DNA of 64,000 nucleotides from a virus. The translations under genes and the position numbers were made by a program. The notes beneath the pieces are model-generated. The model saw only the letters and a list, made by a program, of their open reading frames with translations. It did not search any database and had not been told where the DNA came from. This document shows, piece after piece, positions 49,575-59,527 of the stretch; position 1 is the stretch's first letter, and every line of letters begins with the position of its first letter. The stretch is taken from positions 1 through 64,000 of the IMG/VR virus record IMGVR_UViG_3300028563_000016. One strand, written 5' to 3'.

Positions 49575-52500
49575 CGTTGCAACAAACATTATCAAGCGGT
49601 AATTCTGCATTGACATTAGGAAATATTCAAATACAACCCGTAAATGATGTTAGTGGAATTGTATTGTCTGCAAAAACAGTTCCGGCGTTAAATTCATTAG
49701 GTGGTGTTGCAGCACATGAAGTACCAATTTCTCCGTCAATGCTACATTATAAGAATAATAACATTGAACTCATAAAAAATATTCAATTCAATTCAATAAT
49801 TGAAGATATTTTGTCAGATGAAGTCTATGTGTTAGCTCCAATGGAAAGTAAATACAACACAATTTCTTTGGCATTTCCAACTGTAAGTACTTCAAAACAA
49901 AAGATATTTTCTGAGAAAATAAAATCTAAATATGAAAATTTAACAAATGTTTCGCAAGAACGTCCTGAAATAATATCGATGATAGATTTTTTGCCAATAT
50001 TTGAGAATGAAAAATATCAACAGCGAAGTGTTTCAGATAATGATATAACAACATTTATGACATCTGCTGGAAAATTTGTTAATACACAAATGCAGGTTAG
50101 AAATTTGTTGTATGATAACATGTCGGCGATGATTGAAAGTCTTAAAAAAATTAATTCAAATTTGTCGTCAATGTGTGATAAGACAAATTCTGATTTTTAT
50201 AATCAGTTGTTAGCATTACGCACAATATTGCAGACTTTGTACAGAATTGTGTCAAATACAAATAAAATGAAAAGAAGTTTTAGTCTTCATGATGAATCGT
50301 ACATAATCGATGCGCCAAATATCATTGATGCGTATGCTGAAAATTATTCTCAAGTCGCATCAACTGATAATCTAAAACTATTGTATGCAAATTACGAATT
50401 TACTGTAAAAAGTTTAGTTGATGTGTTTACTAAATTGGGATATGTAGAAAAAAACGTTAAAACATTTTCTTCTACAAAAATATGGTTACAATTATTATCA
50501 GAGTACAAAACGATATTATCATACCACACACCAGGATTACTTGACTTAGATTATACAATTCAAAAAAATGATACCAATGCAACAAACATTAATAATGCAG
50601 GTAGTTTGTCGTATTTTTATGTTGTAAATGATGCAAAAACTGCAACGTTATCTACGTTTCTTGCACAAATTGTAGATACACCAACAGTTACTAATATTTC
50701 GCAAATAGAACAAAAATTTGGTACATTATATTCAACGTCATTTAAGTCTGATGAAATTAAAATATCTGCATTGTTATTCTTTTTATCAAAAGAATATCGA
50801 TATTCACTTGGTATTACAGAAAATGCTTATGTTTTATTGAACGCGTATAATTACACTGTTATAAAATCTGATTATTCTTCTCGACAACCTGAAAATGTTA
50901 AAATGTTTGATGCAATTTTTGGAAATCAAAAAAACATAACGCAGTTATCGACTAACAAAAATAGTATTTCAACATTATCGCAATTAATTGATTCAAATCA
51001 AAAAATTCTAACATTTGAAACAGAACAAATCAATTTAGCTACAAATTCATTCTTACCCGGATCTGAATACTATTTTAGTGATAACTTGACAGATGTTACA
51101 AAAATATCAACATTTTCTGTGACAGTTGATCAATATTTACAATCTTTTTGTAAATTATCATCAGTTCTTGATATTTTGTATTCAAACAAATCTAATACTT
51201 CTTCGTATTCTGACGCACTCAATAATCCTACTGATATATTCAATACTTTTGTTCTGCGATTTCAAAATTATGAAATCGCAGATGATATTTTGTCACCCGT
51301 GTTTGCGTTGGCAAACTCTAGTCTTGAATTAAAGGCTGCATTATTTTTATATGTGATGTCAGTTATTGATATTCGAATGTCATATATTGAATTGTTTGAA
51401 TGTATTATCAATACAATACAAAGAAATACAATTGACGTAACAAAAACGTTGAAAACAACACCTAGTAGTGATATGTTGTTGACGAACGAAATGATTGAAT
51501 CGTCGTTGTTTGATGGTACGAATATTCTTTTATTTTTAAGAGAATTTTTTTCAGACGTTGGTGCAAAATTTAATGTGTTGAATGATTCGTATACTGCATA
51601 TAGCGGTTTATCAAATTTGACGCTTTATATGGTGATGTTTGATGTATTTGTCGCATACTGTGCAAAAATGACAACGAAGAAAATTTTGGGTCAGACATAC
51701 ATCAATAACGCAACACAACAATCTGTTCTTACATATGTATTGGCGTCAACAGGAGCATCAAGCCAAACGCTTAATATGACGATTGTTGGAAAATTAAATC
51801 AAGAAATTGCAACTACGCAATTATTATTTTATACCGTATATGCAATTTTAACAAATTTACAATCATCAATTAAAAGTTACATAAATAATGTAAAATTTGG
51901 TAATGCAGAAGAAACTATAAATACAATAACGAATTTCATTGGAAGTGATAAACAAAATTTCCTAATGAGCACGCAACAAATATATTCGTTAAACAACTCG
52001 TTAATGAATGTATTTGAAAAATACAAAGAAACATCATCGACGTTTAAATCGTTAGATGATTTTAGCGTGTCATCCACATTACGAGATATATTTTTTGGTG
52101 TATTTTCAGATCCAACGCTAACGTCGGCAAAAGGTAATAACAAAAAATTGTTGTCAGTTGGAATCCCATTAGGTTTATCAGATAGTTTAAGACGACAGAC
52201 AAACATTGAAACATTGGTAACTTATGACGATAAGCAAATTGATCTTGTGAATTTATGTGTATACAAAATTGATATCATTAATGATGACATTGTGTATAAA
52301 CCACAAAAGTTCTTGTTTGATTTATCAAGGTTTGTTCCACGTGATGATACGTTATATTTGCAAAATTCAAACAAAACGTTAGTTGATGTCGTAAAAGCGA
52401 TTCCAACGCGTGACGCATCAATAGTATATGATAGCACAAATGTTCAGTATTATTCACCATCAAATACGGCGTTGACAGCAGCTTTTGATGCGACATATAG

Positions 52501-53278
52501 TTTTTTGAGTTATGATCAAAAATATCAAATTGCAAAAAATCATATTTTAAGCTTTTTTGTTGAAATGTACGTAAAATTTTTGACAGGTGTGTCAGTTTCA
52601 GAAGATAGTTTTGTAATGAGTGACGTTGGAAAGCTCGTAAACACAGATCTTCTTAGACAAATGATTAATACATACGTGATGTTGGCGACTACGTCTACGT
52701 CTGAATCTGAAGAAACAAATTCGGGTGGCATATTGTTTTCAAATGCATTACAAACAAATAGTGTTCAAACACAAAATGTGTCAATTAGTTCATTAAATAC
52801 ACAACAAGCAATTGTTGATATAAACTCAAATTTATCTCAAATTTCACAAAATAATTTTGATTCTGTATTACACGGCGTAAGAACAATAAATGGACTGTCG
52901 TACACATTAACGTCATTGTCTGATAAGGACAAATGTTCTTCGAAATTGCTCGCGCCCAAAATATTTGACAGGGTTTTTAATCTAATAATAGATCCTGATG
53001 ATTTTGAAATAGACGTTGAACAAACAAACAAATCACCGACAGGCACTCAATCACTACTTCAACTAATTTCAACTGGCGACGTCGTCGCGACAATTGTCAA
53101 TTCAACAACAAAAGTTCCTACGACTTTGGCATCAAACGTCGTGAGAGAGCTCGCTGCCGGAACAGGTAAAGTTGCGTATACGTTCATAAACAAGGATAAA
53201 AATGTTGGTGATTCAACGTTTGAAAAATATTTCGTAACAATAGAAACGTTTAGTCAAAACACCACGATCAATCAATGA
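49571..53278 (+). CDS. Large putative structural protein
   Basis: 1235 aa, S/T/N-rich, within the structural operon. Confidence 0.55.
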   Translation: MTLQQTLSSGNSALTLGNIQIQPVNDVSGIVLSAKTVPALNSLGGVAAHEVPISPSMLHYKNNNIELIKNIQFNSIIEDILSDEVYVLAPMESKYNTISLAFPTVSTSKQKIFSEKIKSKYENLTNVSQERPEIISMIDFLPIFENEKYQQRSVSDNDITTFMTSAGKFVNTQMQVRNLLYDNMSAMIESLKKINSNLSSMCDKTNSDFYNQLLALRTILQTLYRIVSNTNKMKRSFSLHDESYIIDAPNIIDAYAENYSQVASTDNLKLLYANYEFTVKSLVDVFTKLGYVEKNVKTFSSTKIWLQLLSEYKTILSYHTPGLLDLDYTIQKNDTNATNINNAGSLSYFYVVNDAKTATLSTFLAQIVDTPTVTNISQIEQKFGTLYSTSFKSDEIKISALLFFLSKEYRYSLGITENAYVLLNAYNYTVIKSDYSSRQPENVKMFDAIFGNQKNITQLSTNKNSISTLSQLIDSNQKILTFETEQINLATNSFLPGSEYYFSDNLTDVTKISTFSVTVDQYLQSFCKLSSVLDILYSNKSNTSSYSDALNNPTDIFNTFVLRFQNYEIADDILSPVFALANSSLELKAALFLYVMSVIDIRMSYIELFECIINTIQRNTIDVTKTLKTTPSSDMLLTNEMIESSLFDGTNILLFLREFFSDVGAKFNVLNDSYTAYSGLSNLTLYMVMFDVFVAYCAKMTTKKILGQTYINNATQQSVLTYVLASTGASSQTLNMTIVGKLNQEIATTQLLFYTVYAILTNLQSSIKSYINNVKFGNAEETINTITNFIGSDKQNFLMSTQQIYSLNNSLMNVFEKYKETSSTFKSLDDFSVSSTLRDIFFGVFSDPTLTSAKGNNKKLLSVGIPLGLSDSLRRQTNIETLVTYDDKQIDLVNLCVYKIDIINDDIVYKPQKFLFDLSRFVPRDDTLYLQNSNKTLVDVVKAIPTRDASIVYDSTNVQYYSPSNTALTAAFDATYSFLSYDQKYQIAKNHILSFFVEMYVKFLTGVSVSEDSFVMSDVGKLVNTDLLRQMINTYVMLATTSTSESEETNSGGILFSNALQTNSVQTQNVSISSLNTQQAIVDINSNLSQISQNNFDSVLHGVRTINGLSYTLTSLSDKDKCSSKLLAPKIFDRVFNLIIDPDDFEIDVEQTNKSPTGTQSLLQLISTGDVVATIVNSTTKVPTTLASNVVRELAAGTGKVAYTFINKDKNVGDSTFEKYFVTIETFSQNTTINQ

Positions 53279-53300
53279 TACAAACACCTAATTATTGTTG

Positions 53301-55097
53301 ATGACTATAACGTCTTTACCATCAGTTGAAATCTATAACGTGACAGTACCTGATGTCTCTGATTTAACTGCGGAATTTTTTTATAATTTCTTTTCTATTG
53401 ATGAATATACTAATGACAGTGGCGTAATTGACATTGATAAATTATCTTTAAATTCTTCACAAGCTCCTGATTCAGCATTTTTACAGTACGCTGTGTCTAA
53501 AGTTCCAAGAATGATTGTTTTGACGTGGACACCTGCAAAATATTCTGTGCCGTCAGAAAAAAGTAAATTCCAGGATGGTGCTCTAATAAAGAAGAATTAT
53601 ACTAACATTATAACAGAAGATAGTTTATCAAAATTGAAATTTTTGTCGATTTCGTATTTTGACGATGAAGTACAGGATAAAAGATTTACGCTCGTGTCAG
53701 GTTCGTATTCATCACGAACGTTTTCAAATTCTACGCCAACGAACGTTTCACCTGAGAAAATTGCAGCAGGCGCAAACACGATTACGCCATCGACAGTTAC
53801 GCAAGATTTTTTGTTATCGTCAATGACGAATCTCGCAAAGTCTGCCGGCGCGTATTTTGCAAAATCAAAATTAGACAAAAAACAGCCAATTGTCAACGTT
53901 TCGACAAGGGGTAAATTTGTAAAACAACAACTTGAACGTCAAATGTTTGATCCAGTATCGCCATATAGCATTGATTTAGTTGATGTGTACAAATTTACGC
54001 AAGAATTGGATTTTTCTAAATTTTCTGACGTAACAGATGATGATTACAAGACGTATGTACCGTATTTTGACATCACGTTAGTAGATTCAAGTATGACTCA
54101 TAACACTCAGCCTGAAATAGTAGGTTATGTGGTTGATAAATTTGAGATTACTCAAGACGGTGCAATAATCAAACATCCGCAAATAATTTTAGAGGATGCA
54201 TCACTCAGCAAATATGTTGATTTTAAAGTGAAATATGGTTCAACGTATTCTTATTCAATAAGAGCGATTACAATATACACGTTGACAGCAATTGATGCTA
54301 ACACAAATGATGTAGCTTTGCTTAGAACTTTAGTTGCAGGTAAATTATCAAGTAAAGTGTATGCTCAAGCGATTGACACACAAGCACCCCCACCCCCGGC
54401 TGACGTAGATTTTAGGTGGGATTATGACAATGATAGACTAGTAATAAATTGGACGTTTCCCGTTAATTCTCAACGTGACATTAAAAAGTTTCAAGTGTTT
54501 AGGCGACAGTCATTAAATGATTCGTTTGAGCTAGTGAAAATGTATGATTTTAATGATTCAAACACAATTGTAGACGACTTAGAGAATAATGTCGACAAAT
54601 CATTAGTACAAAAGCTAACGTCACCGTACAATATTTACTTTGATGAAGATTTTGACAAAACAAAACACCATAATGAGCGTAGTTCATTAATTTACGCACT
54701 TGCGTCTGTTGACGCGCATGGGTATACGTCAAACTATTCAATGCAATTCGCTGTGTGGTTTGATGTATTTAAAAATAAGGTACAAAAAAAATTAGTAAGT
54801 CATTCGGGTGCACCAAAACCATATCCAAACATGTACATAGAAGTCGATGCGTTTGTTGATACAATTCGTGTCCACGGGTCAAAGACAACGCATATGAAAT
54901 TATATTTTAACCCTCAATACTATTACATAATTGATAAAAATGGTGCAAAAGATCACGTTATTTCTACGTTACAAGAGCACGGTTCATATAAGCTCAACAT
55001 AATCAATCTTGACAATCAAAAGAGTGACGTGATGACAATAAACGTTGATGACAAACACTCGACATTGCTTTTAAGAAACTTAATGCCTGTTAGATGA
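53301..55097 (+). CDS. Putative structural protein with FN3-like domains
   Basis: VKYGSTYSYSIRA, APPPP.D, W.FP and YALASVDAHG..SNYS. Confidence 0.6.
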   Translation: MTITSLPSVEIYNVTVPDVSDLTAEFFYNFFSIDEYTNDSGVIDIDKLSLNSSQAPDSAFLQYAVSKVPRMIVLTWTPAKYSVPSEKSKFQDGALIKKNYTNIITEDSLSKLKFLSISYFDDEVQDKRFTLVSGSYSSRTFSNSTPTNVSPEKIAAGANTITPSTVTQDFLLSSMTNLAKSAGAYFAKSKLDKKQPIVNVSTRGKFVKQQLERQMFDPVSPYSIDLVDVYKFTQELDFSKFSDVTDDDYKTYVPYFDITLVDSSMTHNTQPEIVGYVVDKFEITQDGAIIKHPQIILEDASLSKYVDFKVKYGSTYSYSIRAITIYTLTAIDANTNDVALLRTLVAGKLSSKVYAQAIDTQAPPPPADVDFRWDYDNDRLVINWTFPVNSQRDIKKFQVFRRQSLNDSFELVKMYDFNDSNTIVDDLENNVDKSLVQKLTSPYNIYFDEDFDKTKHHNERSSLIYALASVDAHGYTSNYSMQFAVWFDVFKNKVQKKLVSHSGAPKPYPNMYIEVDAFVDTIRVHGSKTTHMKLYFNPQYYYIIDKNGAKDHVISTLQEHGSYKLNIINLDNQKSDVMTINVDDKHSTLLLRNLMPVR

Positions 55098-55131
55098 TAC
55101 ATGTAAGTAAATAATGAATATACTAAATTAA

Positions 55132-56010
55132 TTGATGATTATATACTGTCTTACAAACGTTATTAATGGTAAAAAATATGTTGGAATGACAACAATGACG
55201 CTTGAACGTCGTGTTGCAGGACATTTTGGAAGCGCAAGTAAAGATAGTCGCATGTACGTTTTACGTGCAATTGCAAAATATGGAAAAGATGCATTTAAAT
55301 CAAGTGTATTACAGGAGTGTGAGACATTCGAAGAGTTGATTACAGCGGAAAAATTCTGGATTGCGAAGTTAAACACAATGGATCATGCAATTGGGTATAA
55401 CTTAACGTTAGGTGGTGAAGGAACACCTGGTCATGTGGTGAGTGAAAAGACACGTGATATAATGCGTGAATTACATAAACGTGAAAATTTAAGTTTTAAG
55501 ACAATTACATTATTGGCACAGGCTGCAAAAATACGTTATTTTCAAGGCCATGGTGCATTGATGCGATCAAAAAGAAAACGAGGAAAAGATCATTTTTTCT
55601 TCGGAAAAGCGTTTGGACGAACCGGTCCATTGAGTGAAGAAACAAAAAAGAAAATTTCACTTGCACGTTCTGGAATGTTATTATCTAACGAACATAAAGA
55701 AAACATCGGAATTGGAGTTAGAAAATATTATACAAACCACGTTGGACCAAATCTTGGAAAAACATGGTCAGAACAACAATATTTAAATGATTGGCATAAT
55801 CGATTGTTACGAAAGAAACCCGTGTTTGGATTTGATGTTGAGGGCGAATGTTGTGTTATGTATTTTTCAGTCGATGATGCCGTAATAGGAACAAATTTGT
55901 CATATAGAAAAATATCATTTGTTAAAAAGAAACCAAAATTTTTCGACGGAATTACTTATTTTAGAAGTGAAAAAACGTTCGCTGAACTAAAATTTGTGAA
56001 CAGGAATTAA
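55132..56010 (+). mobile_element. GIY-YIG homing endonuclease with NUMOD3 repeats
   Basis: IIYCLTN.INGKKYVG, AI.KYG..F, E..WI, GYNLT.GGEG and SEETKKKIS. Confidence 0.9.
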
Positions 56011-56013
56011 AAC

Positions 56014-56730
56014 ATGGGATTATTAAATAATAATACATCAAATCTGCTTCTTGATGCAGTTTTAACTGATCTTGGACGTCAATTCCTTGCTCGCAATGAT
56101 GGTTCATTTTCAATTGTCAAATTTGCGCTCGGTGATGATGAAATTGATTATAATATCATTCAAAAATACGGCCGCTCTGTAGGAATAGAAAAAATAACAA
56201 AAAACACTCCCGTGTTCGAAGCATTAACAAATCCCGCCCATGCACTAAAATATAAGCTTGTTAGCATATCAAACCCAAACTTATTACGCTTGCCAACTCT
56301 CACATTGTCTGGAGACTCAAACGTCGATGGTACTGCGGGAACTGTTACGTTGGGTAGGAATTCACAAAAGTCAGCGACAGTCATCTTACAACAGACAATA
56401 CAGAACGAGACGACAATAGACGTCGAACTTCGCGACCAGACGTTCATTGTAGACTTACCTAACTTGTTCTTGCAATTGATTAGTGCAACGCCGGAGAACA
56501 TTGATGGTCAGCAACGTGCTCAGTACCTATTGTCAAGGACGCCCACAGAGAACGCATTTGGTGGATCAAGTTGTCAGTTCACGTTGAACACAAAGTCACT
56601 AAACGATGCGCTCTTTGCGGTGTACGGTAGCACAACAAATAAACAGATCATAAAGTCATATGTTCGTGTAACAGGATTGCAATCAGGTGCAGTCAAAGAC
56701 ATCGCGGTGTATATTAACAAAGCATTGTAA
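56014..56730 (+). CDS. Virion structural protein
   Basis: DAVLTDLGRQFLA.NDGSF.I.KFALGDDEIDY and PVFEA. Confidence 0.65.
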   Translation: MGLLNNNTSNLLLDAVLTDLGRQFLARNDGSFSIVKFALGDDEIDYNIIQKYGRSVGIEKITKNTPVFEALTNPAHALKYKLVSISNPNLLRLPTLTLSGDSNVDGTAGTVTLGRNSQKSATVILQQTIQNETTIDVELRDQTFIVDLPNLFLQLISATPENIDGQQRAQYLLSRTPTENAFGGSSCQFTLNTKSLNDALFAVYGSTTNKQIIKSYVRVTGLQSGAVKDIAVYINKAL

Positions 56731-56770
56731 CTTATCTTCTAAATCATCGCTTCAACCATGTGTTGTTGTT

Positions 56771-56798
56771 CCAATGGGCTCAGGCTCATTGGGTTTTT
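56771..56798 (+). terminator. Rho-independent terminator
   Basis: CCAATGGGC-TCAG-GCTCATTGG followed by GTTTTT. Confidence 0.7.
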
Positions 56799-56838
56799 AA
56801 ATGACGAGAATTGTGAGGTGAATTAAAATTTAGTAGAG

Positions 56839-57744
56839 ATGTATTTGCGAAACACGACTGAAATTTGTATTAATAAACGATGGGGACATGAATACGTTCG
56901 TAAATTGTGTGTTTTTGAGTGTGATGAGTGTCGTATTGAATTCACGTGTGGATATTCGAAATGTCATGAAGAATGCGGTGCGTTGAAATTTTGTTGTAAA
57001 GAGTGCGCGGATAAATCTCGATCAAGTGGAAAATTTTTACAAAAAGTAAAACAAGTAAATTTAGAACGTCATGGTGTTGAATTTGGTGGACAAGTTCTTG
57101 GTGCATCTGAAAAAATGATTGCTACACGAATTGAACGTTTTGGTACGTCTACACCAATACATTTTAACGAAGAAATATCTGTAAAGTTTCGTAAAACAAT
57201 GTTGGAAAATCATGGTGCAGAACATCCTTCGAGAGCAGAAGACGTTAAAGAGAAAAAGAAACAAACATATCTTGAAAGATATGGAATTCCAAGCACGTTT
57301 GTAGGTGATTCACCATTTAGATCTTCAAACGAAGATTATAGTATTTTTGGTGCAAAAGGTTATCGTTCACTTGAGCAAATTTCACAAGGAAATAGTTTAT
57401 CAAAACCAGAAAAATTATTATTAGGCTTTCTTGAAGAGAATTATGGACAAGTTAAAAAACAAATAGAAATTTTCCACGATAATTCAAAAAAGCCGTGGTT
57501 AATAGATGCGTACGTAACAAGTATTGATACGTACGTTGAACTTGATGGTGTATTTTGGCATGGGTTAAACAAAACATATGACGAATTACATCCTGATAAA
57601 CGGTTGCAATATGATTGCGATAGAAAAAAAGACGAATGGTTTAAAAACGCGGGTTTAAGACTAATTAGATTTACGGATTTACAAATAAATGAGTGTTCAA
57701 AAACAGGAAATTGGGCTTGCATAACTGCAACGCTCGGAGGATAA
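56839..57744 (+). mobile_element. Free-standing PD-(D/E)xK homing endonuclease
   Basis: CDEC..FCCKEC, repeated LERHG/ERYG, SKPE, IDAY..YVELDGVFWHG and LRLIRFTD. Confidence 0.78.
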
Positions 57745-57748
57745 ACCA

Positions 57749-58939
57749 ACGGCAATTTTTAAAGAATTAACCAGTTCAGATATTAAATCTTCTCGATCAT
57801 ATTTGTCGCAACTCGTTGATGTGTTACAAGAAGATGTAAGTGGATCTGTTTCTAGAAGAAAGTATCAATCTTTCATTACGGGAACAACTACTTCGATTGG
57901 CGTCACGTCCAGTCTTTTTCAAACAGTTTATGATAGTGATTTTACGTTACAGACGTCTAATGCGATAATGGATATCGCGTTTGGGCTATTACCTAGCGGT
58001 TCGACTGTTTTGACAAGTCAACAAGCAATAGACGTTGCTGGCAAAGAACTATTTCCATCATCATCGTTGATGATGCGCGAAAAAATGGACGTGTATAGAC
58101 AATTCGCACAGTCGTTATTGGGTGATGCAACGCAGGCATTCAGTTCACCCTTTGATAGTACTTCTGCGGGAGACAAAATAGACTGCGCTGTATTTATCGC
58201 GTTTAAACGCCTGTTTGCAAGAGATAAAATTTCACGTGAAACGCTTGCAATGAGATTTTATCAGACAGCGTCAATTAGCATACCAAATTTACAGACAAAT
58301 TCATTGTCTGGTTCTGCAATATACACTGACATGGGTGCCGCAACGAACAAGTTGACAGCGTTCGGCGGTGAGGTTGGAAACGTAATCGACTCTGCGAACA
58401 CGTCAAAAGGTGTCGGCCTCATGTTTTATGATAGAGGCATTCTTGTGCTTGATCTTGCAAAGATAACAAAAGCAGACCAGTATGTTAATGGAACGATAGA
58501 CGCAGTAACGCCAACAGGACAAATGACACTTGGAGGTGTAGGCACTGAAACCGCAGGAATATCAAAATTCATACCCGACTTTGTAGTGTCTGCTAGCATT
58601 GATAATATCATTGATCACATTGCAGGTTGTAGGATGGGAAGTGGTAGTAACACTGAGATAACGTTCCAAAATGTGACAAACATAAACTCATCATTAATAT
58701 TTTGCAGAGCTGCTGCTGATGAGTTTAATTACAGTTCGAATCCGACGTTTACTGATGACGCGTCGAGGATTGTTGTAATAACACCAGGACAGGAAGATGT
58801 GCAAAGTTCTTTTACTTTCATAACTTCGATTGGAATGTATGACTCGAATGACAATTTGTTGGCGGTTGGCAAGGTTTCTCGTCCAATAGAAAAAAATAAT
58901 CAAAGTGATTTAACGTTACGAACTCGACTTGATTATTAA
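57749..58939 (+). CDS. Virion structural (baseplate/tail) protein with an apparent ACG start
   Basis: GGAGG at 57736-57740, then in-frame ACG GCA ATT TTT AAA; C-terminus FNYSSNPTF..IGMYD..LLAVGK.SRPIEK..RLDY. Confidence 0.65.
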   Translation, partial: TAIFKELTSSDIKSSRSYLSQLVDVLQEDVSGSVSRRKYQSFITGTTTSIGVTSSLFQTVYDSDFTLQTSNAIMDIAFGLLPSGSTVLTSQQAIDVAGKELFPSSSLMMREKMDVYRQFAQSLLGDATQAFSSPFDSTSAGDKIDCAVFIAFKRLFARDKISRETLAMRFYQTASISIPNLQTNSLSGSAIYTDMGAATNKLTAFGGEVGNVIDSANTSKGVGLMFYDRGILVLDLAKITKADQYVNGTIDAVTPTGQMTLGGVGTETAGISKFIPDFVVSASIDNIIDHIAGCRMGSGSNTEITFQNVTNINSSLIFCRAAADEFNYSSNPTFTDDASRIVVITPGQEDVQSSFTFITSIGMYDSNDNLLAVGKVSRPIEKNNQSDLTLRTRLDY

Positions 58940-58983
58940 TTTCAAAAATGTACACAACGTATTTTTTGATGTAATAAAATGTT

Positions 58984-59451
58984 ATGCGATCTTGTTACGT
59001 CAAAATATCATTACAAAGAGCGCGTGATTTATTGTTATTTCTTCTTGCTTTTTCGTGTGCATCTTCACATCATATTTCGCGCACCGTGACACATGAACAA
59101 CGTGAGCAAACGTACTCATGTGTCACGTATAATCGTGAAACAATGATTCCAGGGTTTCAAACGTTGGGTTGTTCTCGTATTGAACAATCTAAGGGTTCAT
59201 TCACGTTACATCGAGGTGACACTGGCTCGGGACTGTATGATACACCATGGTGGTGCACAAAATGGTTAGTCAAAGCTGCAATGAACTCGAGAGGGTTTTG
59301 CGACGTTAAGTTGTCTGACGACAATGTGTTACATGCGTCGTACTGTGGTGACACACAGACTTTTTTGGCACCCACGCGCTTGAAGTGGGTTGTCGTAAAA
59401 AGTGAACACAACGTTGACAGAAATAAATTTTATGAAAATAACGCGAATTGA
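58984..59451 (+). CDS. Hypothetical exported protein
   Basis: Hydrophobic N-terminal segment LLLFLLAFSC. Confidence 0.45.
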   Translation: MRSCYVKISLQRARDLLLFLLAFSCASSHHISRTVTHEQREQTYSCVTYNRETMIPGFQTLGCSRIEQSKGSFTLHRGDTGSGLYDTPWWCTKWLVKAAMNSRGFCDVKLSDDNVLHASYCGDTQTFLAPTRLKWVVVKSEHNVDRNKFYENNAN

Positions 59452-59527
59452 AAATACGTTCAATATAAAGTTCAACGTCGAAGTGATGTGAGACACAATT
59501 TTCCGTCGCGACTTACTTATATCATCA

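Noticed and set aside
55098-57800. Group I introns housing the endonucleases
   Set aside because: The flanking genes appear complete with their own stops and starts, and the gaps are too short for a ribozyme core
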